Counted from the first letter of the stretch, positions 1-10,248 are shown. The stretch: 64,000 nt of DNA from a virus (IMGVR_UViG_3300031998_000004), one strand, 5' to 3'. The notes: a model not told the origin generated them from the sequence alone. Numbers and translations: made by a program.

Positions 1-227
1 TGAATATCACTATTTATTTTAATAGGAGTCGGAAAATTCTTTTTAAGTAATGATGTTTTAATAGTATTTGTCAACCATTCATAATCCCTATCAGTGTGTC
101 GTTGATCATCATTTTTATAATCACCATCGATAATGTATACTCCTTTCACTCGATAATAATCACCAAATGTAGGAATATCTTTTTCCACAAGATCTTTATC
201 AAATAAGCTTTCTACTAATGACTTCAT
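1..227 (-). CDS. Partial ORF (runs off window); MKxLxE-SLFD family putative internal head protein
   Basis: Manual translation MKSLVESLFDKDLVEKDIPTFGDYYRV..., open to position 1; not in ORF track. Confidence 0.8.
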   Translation of the reverse strand, partial: MKSLVESLFDKDLVEKDIPTFGDYYRVKGVYIIDGDYKNDDQRHTDRDYEWLTNTIKTSLLKKNFPTPIKINSDI

Positions 228-240
228 ATATAAAAAATAA

Positions 241-261
241 AGGGAATCATTTAGATTCCCT
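241..261 (-). terminator. Intrinsic terminator hairpin
   Basis: AGGGAATC-attta-GATTCCCT followed by T-rich tract on minus strand. Confidence 0.65.
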
Positions 262-402
262 CGATTTCCTGGCGTTTCTTTTTGGACCATCTAATAAATC
301 ATTCCAATAAGGATCAATCTGTAGGTCCTTTAATAGAAAGGACTTCAAGTCCACCTCTGGAATGTTTATCTTCGGTACTTTTGGTTTCCTGTCTTTCGCC
401 AT
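247..402 (-). CDS. Small basic hypothetical protein (51 aa)
   Basis: ATG 2 nt after upstream stop; MAKDRKPKVPKINIPEVDLK... Confidence 0.5.
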   Translation of the reverse strand: MAKDRKPKVPKINIPEVDLKSFLLKDLQIDPYWNDLLDGPKRNARKSRESK

Positions 403-404
403 CT

Positions 405-1103
405 CTAACCTTCAGTAATTTCATCATCTCCGTCTACGGCAAGGTGAGTACCACAAGGACATACAGGTCCTTTCTCACCGTACTTCTTAAACATCTTCTT
501 GGTTACCTTACAGCTCCATCCACAGTTAGGACAAGTGTATGTGTATGTGTTCTTTTTCTTCTCACCGCTCTCATTCTTATGAATCACGACAGGCTTACCA
601 GGATAAGCACCCCACTGTCCAACCAACCTCTTATATACCTCCTCAAGAATATCTCTTAAGTAGTTTGTGGGATGATAACTATTATAGGGTTTGTCAAAGT
701 AGTACTTCTGTGCGAGTGCCTTAAACTTCTTTGTACTAGCTTTCGGTTCATTAAAGAACGCATGAATACACTCAAGAGCGAGCGCACCTAACATATCAAT
801 AGGATCTTTGATGGTGTAAGACACAGATATGGTTGTGGGAAAGAAATCCTCAAGAGTCACATCTTCACCATCAAATGGTTGTACACACTCAGTCATTTTC
901 TGGCCACCACATTTACCCGCGCCTATCTGATATCCGTGATTAAGAATATCAAGATCACCTTCAAAGAGCTGTGCATCAAGCTCTTCTACTGCATGCCTGA
1001 GCCACTCCTCACGTGTCATTCCATCCCTGGGTTTTGCTGTTGCTGTAAGTTTTTCAATCTCTGTTAGCGGGCGAATCTCCGCATTTACTTTAGCTTCTGT
1101 CAT
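405..1103 (-). CDS. SprT-like protein with degenerate HExxH and C-terminal zinc ribbon
   Basis: LALECIHA at the position of HExxH; C-terminal CPNCG...CPCG. Confidence 0.5.
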   Translation of the reverse strand: MTEAKVNAEIRPLTEIEKLTATAKPRDGMTREEWLRHAVEELDAQLFEGDLDILNHGYQIGAGKCGGQKMTECVQPFDGEDVTLEDFFPTTISVSYTIKDPIDMLGALALECIHAFFNEPKASTKKFKALAQKYYFDKPYNSYHPTNYLRDILEEVYKRLVGQWGAYPGKPVVIHKNESGEKKKNTYTYTCPNCGWSCKVTKKMFKKYGEKGPVCPCGTHLAVDGDDEITEG

Positions 1104-1123
1104 ATTAAAATATATTAAAATTG

Positions 1124-1417
1124 TTAATTTTCTTTGCCGAGATTTTTTATCTCCTGTAACTGATTGATAATGACATCTATAGACTTATCATCATAAAATA
1201 TAAATCGTACTGGATGATAACTATCAATATCTTGTCTTTCGTCATCAGGAATATTTCCTCCTATCTCATACTGTTTGTCCGCAGGGCTCAGAAAGAGTTC
1301 TCGTTCGATCTCTCCTGTTTCGTTATTTATGTTAGCGCATCCACCAACAATAATCTTTCCACCAAACACCACAACCAATTCACCGTCTTCGGTTGCATAA
1401 AATCCACTTTCTACCAT
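1124..1417 (-). CDS. Hypothetical protein
   Basis: 97 aa ORF co-oriented in operon. Confidence 0.7.
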   Translation of the reverse strand: MVESGFYATEDGELVVVFGGKIIVGGCANINNETGEIERELFLSPADKQYEIGGNIPDDERQDIDSYHPVRFIFYDDKSIDVIINQLQEIKNLGKEN

Positions 1418-1448
1418 AGTTATTCTGTTTTTCCTTTCTCTATATTAC

Positions 1449-1655
1449 CTAAATCTTTATGATAAATTTCTTACCGCACTTATTACAAGTCATATGCCAA
1501 ATTCCACAACTGTTAGTTGCCTCAATAAATTGTAGTGAAGTATTCTTACTACCACAATGAGGACATTTATCGTTATGGAAAAAGCCATATATTAACAATC
1601 CAATCAGGACGCATATTAAAAACATACAAATCCAAAATCCTATAGAATGTATCAT
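1449..1655 (-). CDS. Membrane-anchored zinc-ribbon protein
   Basis: N-terminal hydrophobic helix; CPHC...CNKC. Confidence 0.65.
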   Translation of the reverse strand: MIHSIGFWICMFLICVLIGLLIYGFFHNDKCPHCGSKNTSLQFIEATNSCGIWHMTCNKCGKKFIIKI

Positions 1656-2398
1656 AATTGTGTTGGTTTAAATTTTCCGTCTTCTATTATTAAATATTCT
1701 TTTAGGTCACAATCACATACCCAAATATTTATAGCGTCGTCGGGCACTTCCCAAGAACTGTCTGGGTTGTTCTTTGCATCCTCGCGACACACGTCAGTGA
1801 GATTAACTATATGTCTGAGAGTGGTATGTCCAACTACTTGATCGTAATGAGGAAGAGCATACTCGAGAAGAGTCTGTGGACGGACCCACGTGGGGCCTTG
1901 TGTCTCACTTATACCATAGTAATCGGAGAGTTTGCAAGGACGGAAACCAAAGAGTTCACTTGGTTCAAGATTGTTAATGTCTTCAACACACTCACATCCA
2001 CTATCGTGAAACCATCTACCTGTGATACCGGCGTGAGAAAATACTATATCATCAAAGACGTAAACCCATTGAGTATCACGGAGATACCTATCTCGGATCT
2101 CCGGTTTGGACATCTCCTTCTCTACTCCTCTAAAGAATCCACTACATTCAGCCCAACTATATCCCAGGTGTTGCATATCGTGGTTACCTCTCAAGAGTAT
2201 AACTTTGTCTGGGTTCTCTTCTTTATATAAAAGTATATCTAGGAGATTGTTGAGTTGTTGATCAACAGTAATATCTCTTTGATGAGTGCTCACATAATCC
2301 CCAAGAAATACAAAAAGATCTGCATTCTGTTCGCGATCGACTATAGTCTGCCAACTATCTCGACCGTGTACGTCTCCTATAACAACTATCTTACTCAT
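1652..2398 (-). CDS. Calcineurin-like metallophosphoesterase
   Basis: GDVHG, GDYV, GNHD, SHAG, VGHT motifs. Confidence 0.9.
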   Translation of the reverse strand: MSKIVVIGDVHGRDSWQTIVDREQNADLFVFLGDYVSTHQRDITVDQQLNNLLDILLYKEENPDKVILLRGNHDMQHLGYSWAECSGFFRGVEKEMSKPEIRDRYLRDTQWVYVFDDIVFSHAGITGRWFHDSGCECVEDINNLEPSELFGFRPCKLSDYYGISETQGPTWVRPQTLLEYALPHYDQVVGHTTLRHIVNLTDVCREDAKNNPDSSWEVPDDAINIWVCDCDLKEYLIIEDGKFKPTQL

Positions 2399-2430
2399 AC
2401 TATTATATATTTAATTAAATCTGTTAATTT

Positions 2431-2733
2431 ATGGATTACCAAGTAATGCCTACCTGCATAACTGTATATAACTCTTATGAGGTATCTAAAAAAGAATTTG
2501 ACCCATTTCTCAATGAACTCCGTGAAGGATACGAGGGCAATTTAGTATTATTCTATAGAACCAACAAGAGTCTCACCGACGAATGGGCATGTCATAACTT
2601 CTTATACGATATCGACTTCCTTGGTATTCTGAGGAGTCATACCAAAGATGTTGATATGCAGTATCCACTGGCTTGGTGGGAGAAGATAGCGTATCCATGC
2701 TTGGGTTGGTTCTGTAAATTATTTATCAAATAA
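2431..2733 (+). CDS. Hypothetical protein
   Basis: 100 aa ORF divergent from phosphoesterase. Confidence 0.65.
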   Translation: MDYQVMPTCITVYNSYEVSKKEFDPFLNELREGYEGNLVLFYRTNKSLTDEWACHNFLYDIDFLGILRSHTKDVDMQYPLAWWEKIAYPCLGWFCKLFIK

Positions 2734-2904
2734 AATGGAAGGAAAAAGTTCGGACTTGGGTGTATCTGGAGACTCGGCAGGTCCTTATCATAGACAACAT
2801 TCAGTCAATAAAAGACCTAGTTGTTACAATTAAAGAGGTGGAGAAAACACTCCACCTCTCATTTCGCATTCCGTTTACACTAATTCTCAAACTCCTACTT
2901 CATC

Positions 2905-3147
2905 TTACTTCCCAGACGAGACTGTTCCCGAACCGGATTTGAATAATAGAGCCGATAAGAAGGTTACTCCCCAGGCCTGCCAAAGTGTGAGTTTAGTGAG
3001 TCCGAAAATCATCGGCATCAGCCAGTTCCAGAGCAACCACACAGGGATTGCGAAGACAATAGAGATACCGAACGCGAGAGCGAGCGCCGCGACAATAACT
3101 GCAACGGCCGCACCAATTCCGATTGCTTTCATACTTGTTTTTGCCAT
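2905..3147 (-). CDS. Small membrane protein
   Basis: Hydrophobic; WLLWNWLMPMIFGL..LT.WQAWG motif. Confidence 0.75.
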   Translation of the reverse strand: MAKTSMKAIGIGAAVAVIVAALALAFGISIVFAIPVWLLWNWLMPMIFGLTKLTLWQAWGVTFLSALLFKSGSGTVSSGK

Positions 3148-3158
3148 ACTTACAATAA

Positions 3159-3590
3159 TTATTTCTGATTATAATGTTTTAAAATTTCCTCCGAGAATGT
3201 GGTAATATTGCCATTGACATCCATATAACCATCAAAGCAATTCATCACCATAAGAGATACATCTTCTGTCTGAGCCCAGGAAGGAATATAGCCTATGACC
3301 GGTTTTCCAAGAGCCTTTGCAAATCCCATCTCCCATACTGTACCAGTATCACTATAATGTCCGGTGTACATAGCTATGACCATATCTGAGTCTTTTATAG
3401 CCTGCACATCCATATCAAATACCTTCTTTGCCCATACTGGATTTGACATTTCCATCCCGCCGGGAATTTCGTGTTCCATTGGAATAAATAGTTCTGAATC
3501 GGGAAAACCAAAACGAACTTTGTTGATCATGTCTGTAAGAGACATACGTTCATTTTCGTTAAAGAACGGACCCGCGATGTAAATTTTCAT
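3159..3590 (-). CDS. Nucleoside 2-deoxyribosyltransferase family protein
   Basis: KIYIAGPFF, DVQAIKDSD, DTGTVWEMGFAKALGKP. Confidence 0.88.
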   Translation of the reverse strand: MKIYIAGPFFNENERMSLTDMINKVRFGFPDSELFIPMEHEIPGGMEMSNPVWAKKVFDMDVQAIKDSDMVIAMYTGHYSDTGTVWEMGFAKALGKPVIGYIPSWAQTEDVSLMVMNCFDGYMDVNGNITTFSEEILKHYNQK

Positions 3591-3880
3591 TACTTCCTTA
3601 CTACTTTAAAGGTTGCGGTTGTATCAATCTGACCATTGTGATTGGTAATGGTCGTATCACGAACAATCTCGTACTTGTCGTAGTTGTATTCGTAATGATC
3701 ACAAACATATCGCGTGTAGATACCTCCGACTACCATATACATCAAACCGACTATCGCAACCACCCATCCGAGCCAACTTTTTCGACTATCCTTTTCTTTG
3801 ATAGCCCATACTACATCCGCACAAAGCCAACCGAATAATCCACCAATAAAAAACAAAAAAAGTAAAAGAAAAATTTCCAT
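3590..3880 (-). CDS. Two-TM membrane protein
   Basis: Two hydrophobic segments. Confidence 0.7.
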   Translation of the reverse strand: MEIFLLLFLFFIGGLFGWLCADVVWAIKEKDSRKSWLGWVVAIVGLMYMVVGGIYTRYVCDHYEYNYDKYEIVRDTTITNHNGQIDTTATFKVVRK

Positions 3881-3882
3881 AA

Positions 3883-4263
3883 TTAATGATTTTTAAGATA
3901 TGTTTTAAGATTTTCCGTTATTTTATCGATACCATAATAGATATCCATCTTACAAAGAGCATCTCCGGTAAAATCGTATGCTTCTGTTAATGTATTATTG
4001 ATCTCCCCAATCATTTTATTTGCAGAAGTTTGACCATTCATATTAAATTGTGTTACCCAAGCACAGAATGTTGGAGGAAAGTAAATCAAAGAAGCAGATC
4101 CTCTTTCCACTGTGATTATCTTCTCCCAGAATTCTGAGTCTTCCCCCCATTTAGACGGGGCACCCCACTGTTTAGATTTCTTGAACCCCATCTTCCTGAG
4201 GAATCGTTCCGAGATCTTCTGATTACCTCCCCGAACACTATTATATGTATCAAATACGCCCAT
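3883..4263 (-). CDS. Hypothetical protein, N-terminal MGVFD (tag variant)
   Basis: ORF in operon; start resembles M[SG][ILV]F tag. Confidence 0.7.
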   Translation of the reverse strand: MGVFDTYNSVRGGNQKISERFLRKMGFKKSKQWGAPSKWGEDSEFWEKIITVERGSASLIYFPPTFCAWVTQFNMNGQTSANKMIGEINNTLTEAYDFTGDALCKMDIYYGIDKITENLKTYLKNH

Positions 4264-4264
4264 A

Positions 4265-4480
4265 CTAGTCAGGATCTATCATACACCAGCAATCGGGATC
4301 GTGAACAACACCAGCCCACTTATAACCAACAGCGAAGAGGATATACTGATGTTCTTCGCTAGTGAAATGCATTGCAGTCACATCCATCGTATCGTCAATG
4401 GAATGCGCTGATTTAACGGGGGCGGATGAACACCCGGAAAGACCGAGCACCACAGCAAGTATTATAAATAATTTCCTCAT
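4265..4480 (-). CDS. Predicted lipoprotein
   Basis: MRKLFIILAVVLGLSG-C lipobox. Confidence 0.75.
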   Translation of the reverse strand: MRKLFIILAVVLGLSGCSSAPVKSAHSIDDTMDVTAMHFTSEEHQYILFAVGYKWAGVVHDPDCWCMIDPD

Positions 4481-4503
4481 GAATTAAATTAACAAACAAC
4501 AAC

Positions 4504-5328
4504 CTAAAATTTAGCTTCTTTCATAATTCTTTGATATGCGGTATGAGGGTCTTCTCCGGGAAGCATTTCGCGTCCAAACGCAGTACATCCGCCCTTCCAT
4601 GAACCCGCTGCTTCACCAATCTCACTTGTGAGTTCGATCTCGAGACATCTACGCCTGTGCCTAAATATGGGTAGATAGTAAGTGGCTTTCGGTCTCCACT
4701 CTCGTTCCGCTACGTAATACATACCGATACATCTCTGTAGGGTTCCGTCTTCGCAGATGTACTCATATGGTGCTTCCCAATAGAAGGACGGCAAACTGTA
4801 TATGTCTGATAATGAATTGGTTGAGAGCGGTCTACATCCGTATTTCTTGGCTCTAACCCGGCGCTTCTTCCATTCGTCGCAAAACTCAATGTATTTCTTT
4901 CCGTCTTTCCCTTCTATGATAACGTGATGACAATCCAGATCCCAAGGCATATAAATAGTCTTGCTCCAATTCTTCCAAAATAACACTACCTGGTTGAATA
5001 GACTCTTTGGATCGGGGTTGTAGAGATACCCACCAAACCGATATGTTTTGTTTTCCCATCGTTTATTAGCGTCGGTTGGAACCTTCCACCATGGAAAATG
5101 AACGAAGAAACTATGCCACATACTATGAGCTACCAACTGCATGTATTCTTCGTTGTCATATTCCGGTTCGAACTCGAATCCAAGATTATAATATCCTTTA
5201 TATATGGTAAAGTTTTTGGTTACACGGATTTCTCCGCTACGGTGTTTGTTGCCTTCAATCCACTTAAAGGTCAACCAATCGGTTAAGGTCAATAACCCAA
5301 TTATTCCAAGAACCCAAATCCACCACAT
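4504..5328 (-). CDS. Hypothetical protein with N-terminal TM helix
   Basis: Start re-assigned to MWWIWVLG just after PNKP stop. Confidence 0.7.
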   Translation of the reverse strand: MWWIWVLGIIGLLTLTDWLTFKWIEGNKHRSGEIRVTKNFTIYKGYYNLGFEFEPEYDNEEYMQLVAHSMWHSFFVHFPWWKVPTDANKRWENKTYRFGGYLYNPDPKSLFNQVVLFWKNWSKTIYMPWDLDCHHVIIEGKDGKKYIEFCDEWKKRRVRAKKYGCRPLSTNSLSDIYSLPSFYWEAPYEYICEDGTLQRCIGMYYVAEREWRPKATYYLPIFRHRRRCLEIELTSEIGEAAGSWKGGCTAFGREMLPGEDPHTAYQRIMKEAKF

Positions 5329-5329
5329 A

Positions 5330-6262
5330 TTAAAAATCTCCGTAATAAACCTGACTACAAAGTACTCCATTATCCCTCCACATCTTAACAACACGGTCTC
5401 TATCATCAAAGACAGTTACAATATTATAGTATGGTTCGATCTGTTCTTTGTAAATCTCTTCTTTTACTATAGCGTCGTTTCGATGGTCTCCTTCTTTCCT
5501 GAATATGACTTCCCACTGAGGAATCTTTCTAGGAAAATCTTTTTCGAATTCTAATGTGAGATAACCAAAGTCATCTGCAAGATTTTTGGTTATCCATTCT
5601 TTAGTATCCTTCATACACTGTGCTGTTCCCTCACGACCAGATACAAATATAATCTTCATATGATATGCGAGATACCGCAGCAGTTTCTTCATTCGGGGAT
5701 CAAAAGTATCTTCTTTCACTCGTGACAAGTCATATGCGTTCCTACCATTATGAATAGCCACGGTTCCATCCAGATCACACACAATCACATCTTCTTTCGT
5801 GGGGTCTGGTAATTTGATATGGCGAGTATCCTTATGTCCGAGCTTGTTCGGGAAGTAATTTTTGAAGAATCTCTTAATAGTTTCCTCACCAACACTCCTC
5901 CCACCATTCTCTCCTCTCTTCCTATCTCTCTCGAGCGCCTCTTCGTAAGAGATTTCAAAGAGTTTATATTCTATTTCTGCGTTATGTTTCTCAGCAAGAT
6001 CATTCCATTTAAGAATGGTCTTGGGATTAAGATTAGTAGCATCTATAATAACATTGAGATAGTTGTCAAGAGCCATTTCTATCTGGTTCTTTTCAACATC
6101 GGATATATAGTTCTCCCTCTCCGGAACCCAGTACACACCAGTCCCTTCGCGGATACTATCACGACAGACTATAACATAATCTTTATGAGCCTGAGCAAAC
6201 TCCTTTGCCCAAGTACTTTTCCCACTCCCGGGAACTCCCTGTAAAACAATTATCTTACTCAT
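5330..6262 (-). CDS. pseT: Polynucleotide 5'-kinase/3'-phosphatase (T4 PseT-like)
   Basis: GVPGSGKST Walker A, CRDSIR, IIDATN; HAD domain DLDGT, SGR, FDDR. Confidence 0.92.
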   Translation of the reverse strand: MSKIIVLQGVPGSGKSTWAKEFAQAHKDYVIVCRDSIREGTGVYWVPERENYISDVEKNQIEMALDNYLNVIIDATNLNPKTILKWNDLAEKHNAEIEYKLFEISYEEALERDRKRGENGGRSVGEETIKRFFKNYFPNKLGHKDTRHIKLPDPTKEDVIVCDLDGTVAIHNGRNAYDLSRVKEDTFDPRMKKLLRYLAYHMKIIFVSGREGTAQCMKDTKEWITKNLADDFGYLTLEFEKDFPRKIPQWEVIFRKEGDHRNDAIVKEEIYKEQIEPYYNIVTVFDDRDRVVKMWRDNGVLCSQVYYGDF

Positions 6263-6597
6263 ATTACTTATAAGGACACATATCACAACTCCACGTACAC
6301 CTTTCACATGGTAGATTAGATATTGTACGAGAGTCTGACTGTGATGATTTGTTAATTTTGATTTCTGCGGGTCCTTCCCAATCCTTCTTTCTCCAAGAAG
6401 GAAGGTAAGACGACCAATATGGTGTGGGTCTAGCCATTACTTTTTGAAACGATCTATAAAGTACAACCACCCACACCTGACACTCTCTCTCCAAGAGATA
6501 CCTGTGGTGAGTCTCATTAAGATGATATCTCCTATAAGAGTAAACAGTGCTGTAATAACAGCCGCAATAAAAAAGTAGTAAAGAAATCCGAATAGTA

Positions 6598-6888
6598 TCA
6601 TTTGTCTTCTTTTTTGAATTCCATTATATTAAAGTCATTATCCAATACTCTCCTGGCGTAATCGGGTATCTTCAATCCCAACTTCCTCCATATAAACTGC
6701 ATCACAATCTTACTCGTGTCTTTAATGAGTTTGGTTCGTTGTGGATCCATGAAGTATATTCCTCCAGTGTTAACCTTACCCATCTTATCGTCCCACTTCT
6801 CCAGGACTAACTTGAGCTCATCTTTAATCGCTTGATAAAGAAGCTCTTCACTGTTTTCCTGTGGTGTATTTTGATTGAATATTGACAT
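6598..6888 (-). CDS. MSIF-tag hypothetical protein
   Basis: Starts MSIFNQN. Confidence 0.75.
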   Translation of the reverse strand: MSIFNQNTPQENSEELLYQAIKDELKLVLEKWDDKMGKVNTGGIYFMDPQRTKLIKDTSKIVMQFIWRKLGLKIPDYARRVLDNDFNIMEFKKEDK

Positions 6889-6903
6889 TACATATAAATA
6901 TAT

Positions 6904-7074
6904 TTAACTCATATCCTTATGTTTAATCTTACGAGTATACTTTTTTCTATTTTTGAACACCTTGCGGAAATTGATAGGATGACCATAGAGTTCTATCTCG
7001 GCCTCTCGAGAACCACGTCTCGAGGCCTTGATAAAATCCCTTTCATTTGCTATCTTTATCCTTATACGTGTCAT
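6904..7074 (-). CDS. Small basic protein (56 aa) with KKYTRKIKHK tail
   Basis: Manual translation MTRIRIKIANERDFIKASRRGSREAEIELYGHPINFRKVFKNRKKYTRKIKHKDMS. Confidence 0.7.
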   Translation of the reverse strand: MTRIRIKIANERDFIKASRRGSREAEIELYGHPINFRKVFKNRKKYTRKIKHKDMS

Positions 7075-7076
7075 AA

Positions 7077-7295
7077 TTAAAACATATCTCCTTCGGAGTA
7101 CTCATTAAATATAAGTTCTGTTCCTGTAAATTTAAGTTCGTAGTATCCCATCCCGAAACTGTAATCGGGTAGGAGCTCAAGCGCCCGTTCTTTTGTGATA
7201 GGATATTTCTGTGCCCCTTTCCAGGCAAGCCCGTAGCGGTAAAAACAAGCACCACCGTTAATAATCCACAATTTTGCTTCTTCGTTTGTTGACAT
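7077..7295 (-). CDS. Hypothetical protein
   Basis: ORF directly after sigma gene (start MSTNEE). Confidence 0.65.
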   Translation of the reverse strand: MSTNEEAKLWIINGGACFYRYGLAWKGAQKYPITKERALELLPDYSFGMGYYELKFTGTELIFNEYSEGDMF

Positions 7296-7299
7296 ATCT

Positions 7300-7971
7300 T
7301 TATGCAATTAAGTTTCCTAACATTTCAACTAGTTCTTCATCACCACGGATGAAAAGAATCATCTTCTTTATCTTCTGACTCACCAGACCTTCGCTTACTC
7401 CAAAAGCCTTCGCCACATCCTTACCCTTCTCATCTGCGAATCCCTTTAGACCGAAGATTCTATAGAACATCTCACAATCCCTCTCGGAGAACTTGTCTTC
7501 GAGCCTTGTATAGAGATATTCGTACACGTCTCCATCACTGAACTTATCCTTTTCATACACGCCATACTTATACTCTCTGCATCCCTTCCCATCATCATCT
7601 CCGCCAGTCACGCTTGCTTCACCACTGATAACCGAAAGTGACACAGAGTTAAATGTTGCTTCTCCGGCCTCCTGTGCTTTTTTCTGTGCATATGCGCTCA
7701 TGCTCACAGTCCTCAGTTCCTTATCCAGGGAACTCAGGATATTGTTTCGAATACTCCATCCAGCGAACTGCTTGAAGCTCAACTTGCTCCTCTCGTCATC
7801 ATAATTCATCATCGCGAGAACAAACCCTTCATACGCCATACTCTTCACGGAATCCCAGTCTATCTTGACCTGGCTGACAAACTGCTTGGTGAGCTTATTC
7901 ATCAGGGGTTCATACTGCTTGACGAGGTCCGTCTTTTCCTTCTCTGTAATGTTACTGTAAATCTTACACAT
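7300..7971 (-). CDS. RNA polymerase sigma70-family factor
   Basis: Region 2 (AYEGFVLAMMNYD..SFKQFAGWSIRNNI) and region 4 HTH (GKDVAKAFGVSEGLVSQ). Confidence 0.88.
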   Translation of the reverse strand: MCKIYSNITEKEKTDLVKQYEPLMNKLTKQFVSQVKIDWDSVKSMAYEGFVLAMMNYDDERSKLSFKQFAGWSIRNNILSSLDKELRTVSMSAYAQKKAQEAGEATFNSVSLSVISGEASVTGGDDDGKGCREYKYGVYEKDKFSDGDVYEYLYTRLEDKFSERDCEMFYRIFGLKGFADEKGKDVAKAFGVSEGLVSQKIKKMILFIRGDEELVEMLGNLIA

Positions 7972-7997
7972 ACTTATTCTATTTTATGAATCTTATA

Positions 7998-8813
7998 TTA
8001 ACAAAACTGCTCTTTTTCTTTAGTATCACCAATGTATTCTAATTCGACTCTCAATGAAATACTAACCGGGCATCCAACCTTTGTCCACACACATTGCGCT
8101 AGGTGTTGATCACCATACAACCGACCGAGTCTGTTTTCTTCGAAATCTGAGTACGGCCAAAATATATCCCCGAGTTTTTTATGTCCGTTAATTTTTATAG
8201 TAATGATGTATGAGTTAAATATATCATTAGTACCCGAATATGTAAACGATTCAAGATTACGCACAAATACCCGAGCATCTAAATCGGGATCCAGCCAATT
8301 CTCAACTCCTTCTCCCAACGAAGTCATTACCATATTCCACCACTTCCTTTCCGACACATGTCGTTCATCGGTTTGATACTGGTAGTATTTCATTGGATAT
8401 TTGCCATCAACGTACATCCACGGAGCGTTACGGTCCTGAAGTGGTATAAAGATATTATCCATATGTCCTTGTAGTCCGGCCGCGACTAAAAGCCTTATAT
8501 CTCTATATTCGGTTTTCTGAAGAAGTCCTTCTTTGAATAAAGTAAAATACTGTATCTCTCCCTGATTACAGACAAATCCGACATCATACATCGGCCATTC
8601 ACTCAAACGATCTATCTCAGGAAAATCCGGAACCACTTGCGTACCAAACATAAACCGTTCACTTTGAGGACAGTGTTCCCAATGTGTTGTGCCCGACTCC
8701 TTTGCGGTTGTCGGTTGCCAAATACTATCTCCGTTGGGATACGTAACATTAACTATCTTTACTACTTTCTGTAGCAACCCACCCTGGGCTAAATCCTCAT
8801 CAAATAAAGACAT
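7998..8813 (-). CDS. MSLF-tag hypothetical protein
   Basis: Starts MSLFDEDL. Confidence 0.8.
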   Translation of the reverse strand: MSLFDEDLAQGGLLQKVVKIVNVTYPNGDSIWQPTTAKESGTTHWEHCPQSERFMFGTQVVPDFPEIDRLSEWPMYDVGFVCNQGEIQYFTLFKEGLLQKTEYRDIRLLVAAGLQGHMDNIFIPLQDRNAPWMYVDGKYPMKYYQYQTDERHVSERKWWNMVMTSLGEGVENWLDPDLDARVFVRNLESFTYSGTNDIFNSYIITIKINGHKKLGDIFWPYSDFEENRLGRLYGDQHLAQCVWTKVGCPVSISLRVELEYIGDTKEKEQFC

Positions 8814-9480
8814 CGTTATCTGTGTTTGAATGTTTTCTATGAAGTCTTAAAAAGAATATTATGGTTGGTCTGGATGATGCCCATAATTTTGTTTTATCCA
8901 TATCGCACCAAAAACACTCCTCATTATTTATGGAGTTTATTGTGATTTCAACCTTAAATCGATTCACATCCGATAAATACCCATTATCAATAGAAGTACA
9001 ATGGACATCTGCAGAACACTCAGACCATATATGTCTTTTAATATTCTGTTCCATGTGACTTGCAACAATATTCCAATATGTTGAATATTTTGCTAGGGAT
9101 ATAAAAGGGCTAGTTGACCAATAAGGTCCGTAGCCGTGGTTTTCTGTGTCGGTTATTACCTCATCCGGTTCAGTCAGCGGCAGTGCTATGTCGAACTCAC
9201 CATCGAGACCGGCGAACCTTATAATATCTTCAAGTTTTCTAATATTTATATCAAATATCTCGATATAACTAACCCATCTACGTTTATCTCCTACATAGCA
9301 ATCAATTTTGTTCTCGGTTACCACATAATCCAATATGCCACGATCTCGAGGCCCAAGCATTCGTGCTCGTGTAGTATATCCGATTGCATCTCCTTCGGAG
9401 GCTTTGCAGTTTTTGAAATAACAAAAGTCAACACTGAAAGCGTTGTACATTTTGTCTTTGAAGTCACTGAATATACTCAT
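8800..9480 (-). CDS. MSIF-tag hypothetical protein
   Basis: Starts MSIFSDF. Confidence 0.8.
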   Translation of the reverse strand: MSIFSDFKDKMYNAFSVDFCYFKNCKASEGDAIGYTTRARMLGPRDRGILDYVVTENKIDCYVGDKRRWVSYIEIFDINIRKLEDIIRFAGLDGEFDIALPLTEPDEVITDTENHGYGPYWSTSPFISLAKYSTYWNIVASHMEQNIKRHIWSECSADVHCTSIDNGYLSDVNRFKVEITINSINNEECFWCDMDKTKLWASSRPTIIFFLRLHRKHSNTDNDVFI

Positions 9481-9665
9481 TATAGAGGCATGTTGGACAA
9501 TCTCATTATTTCTTCAGCCTTCTTTGCAGATTCGATATAGAGCTTTACTGCATAGGCCAAATATTCTTTATCATACAGAGCCTGAATAGGATCAATCATT
9601 TTCCATTCAATCAGGACGTCGATGATGTCTGCGATTTTTTCTTGTACTGTCATATCTGTTGTGTT

Positions 9666-10184
9666 TTAAGCTTCAATGGTTTTGAATATGTAAGTGTGTT
9701 TCTCAGCCAACCACTTCGGTAAGGTAACATAGACCTTGTTATTCTTACGCTCCACGGTGCACTGGCTCTTGGGAATGCGGTTCCAGTTGGTGCAAATGTG
9801 ATGGTAGAGATCAAAGCCCTTCCCACAGGCGTACTTGTAGGATTTAGAGCTACCGCTAAGGAGAACCCCTTTCTCAAGGACGTATGTGACCTTCTTGGCC
9901 CCCTCTTCCTTGGCCTTCTTCCAAGCTTCTTCCCTCTCCCTCTTCTCGCGCTCTACTCTCTCCTTCCACTGGCGTCCCTGTTCCAGGTACTGTTCGTAAG
10001 TAAAGGTGGAATTCAGCAAAGCCTTCTGACCGCAAGCCGTCAGGGTACCATCCGGGCGAATGTAGTTCTCAATAACGAACGCAACCATCAGACCGTCGGT
10101 GATCATATATGCACCTCTGCTAGTGCGATTGAGAACTGTAATGCCGCTTTCGTAGGTGTGGGGGAATGTGATCTCTGTATTCAT
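9666..10184 (-). CDS. Hypothetical protein, first gene after candidate promoter
   Basis: 172 aa ORF, central charged helix. Confidence 0.75.
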   Translation of the reverse strand: MNTEITFPHTYESGITVLNRTSRGAYMITDGLMVAFVIENYIRPDGTLTACGQKALLNSTFTYEQYLEQGRQWKERVEREKREREEAWKKAKEEGAKKVTYVLEKGVLLSGSSKSYKYACGKGFDLYHHICTNWNRIPKSQCTVERKNNKVYVTLPKWLAEKHTYIFKTIEA

Positions 10185-10210
10185 AACTCTATCCTTTATC
10201 TGTTATGTAT

Positions 10211-10241
10211 ATATTTACCAAATCAACGGCATAAATTTAGT
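10211..10241 (-). promoter_or_regulatory. Candidate phage promoter TAAA-N18-TAWWT
   Basis: ACTAAA-18nt-TAAATAT; same spacing at 23690, 41055, 48145, 56472, 61026 and others. Confidence 0.55.
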
Positions 10242-10248
10242 GAAAAAA

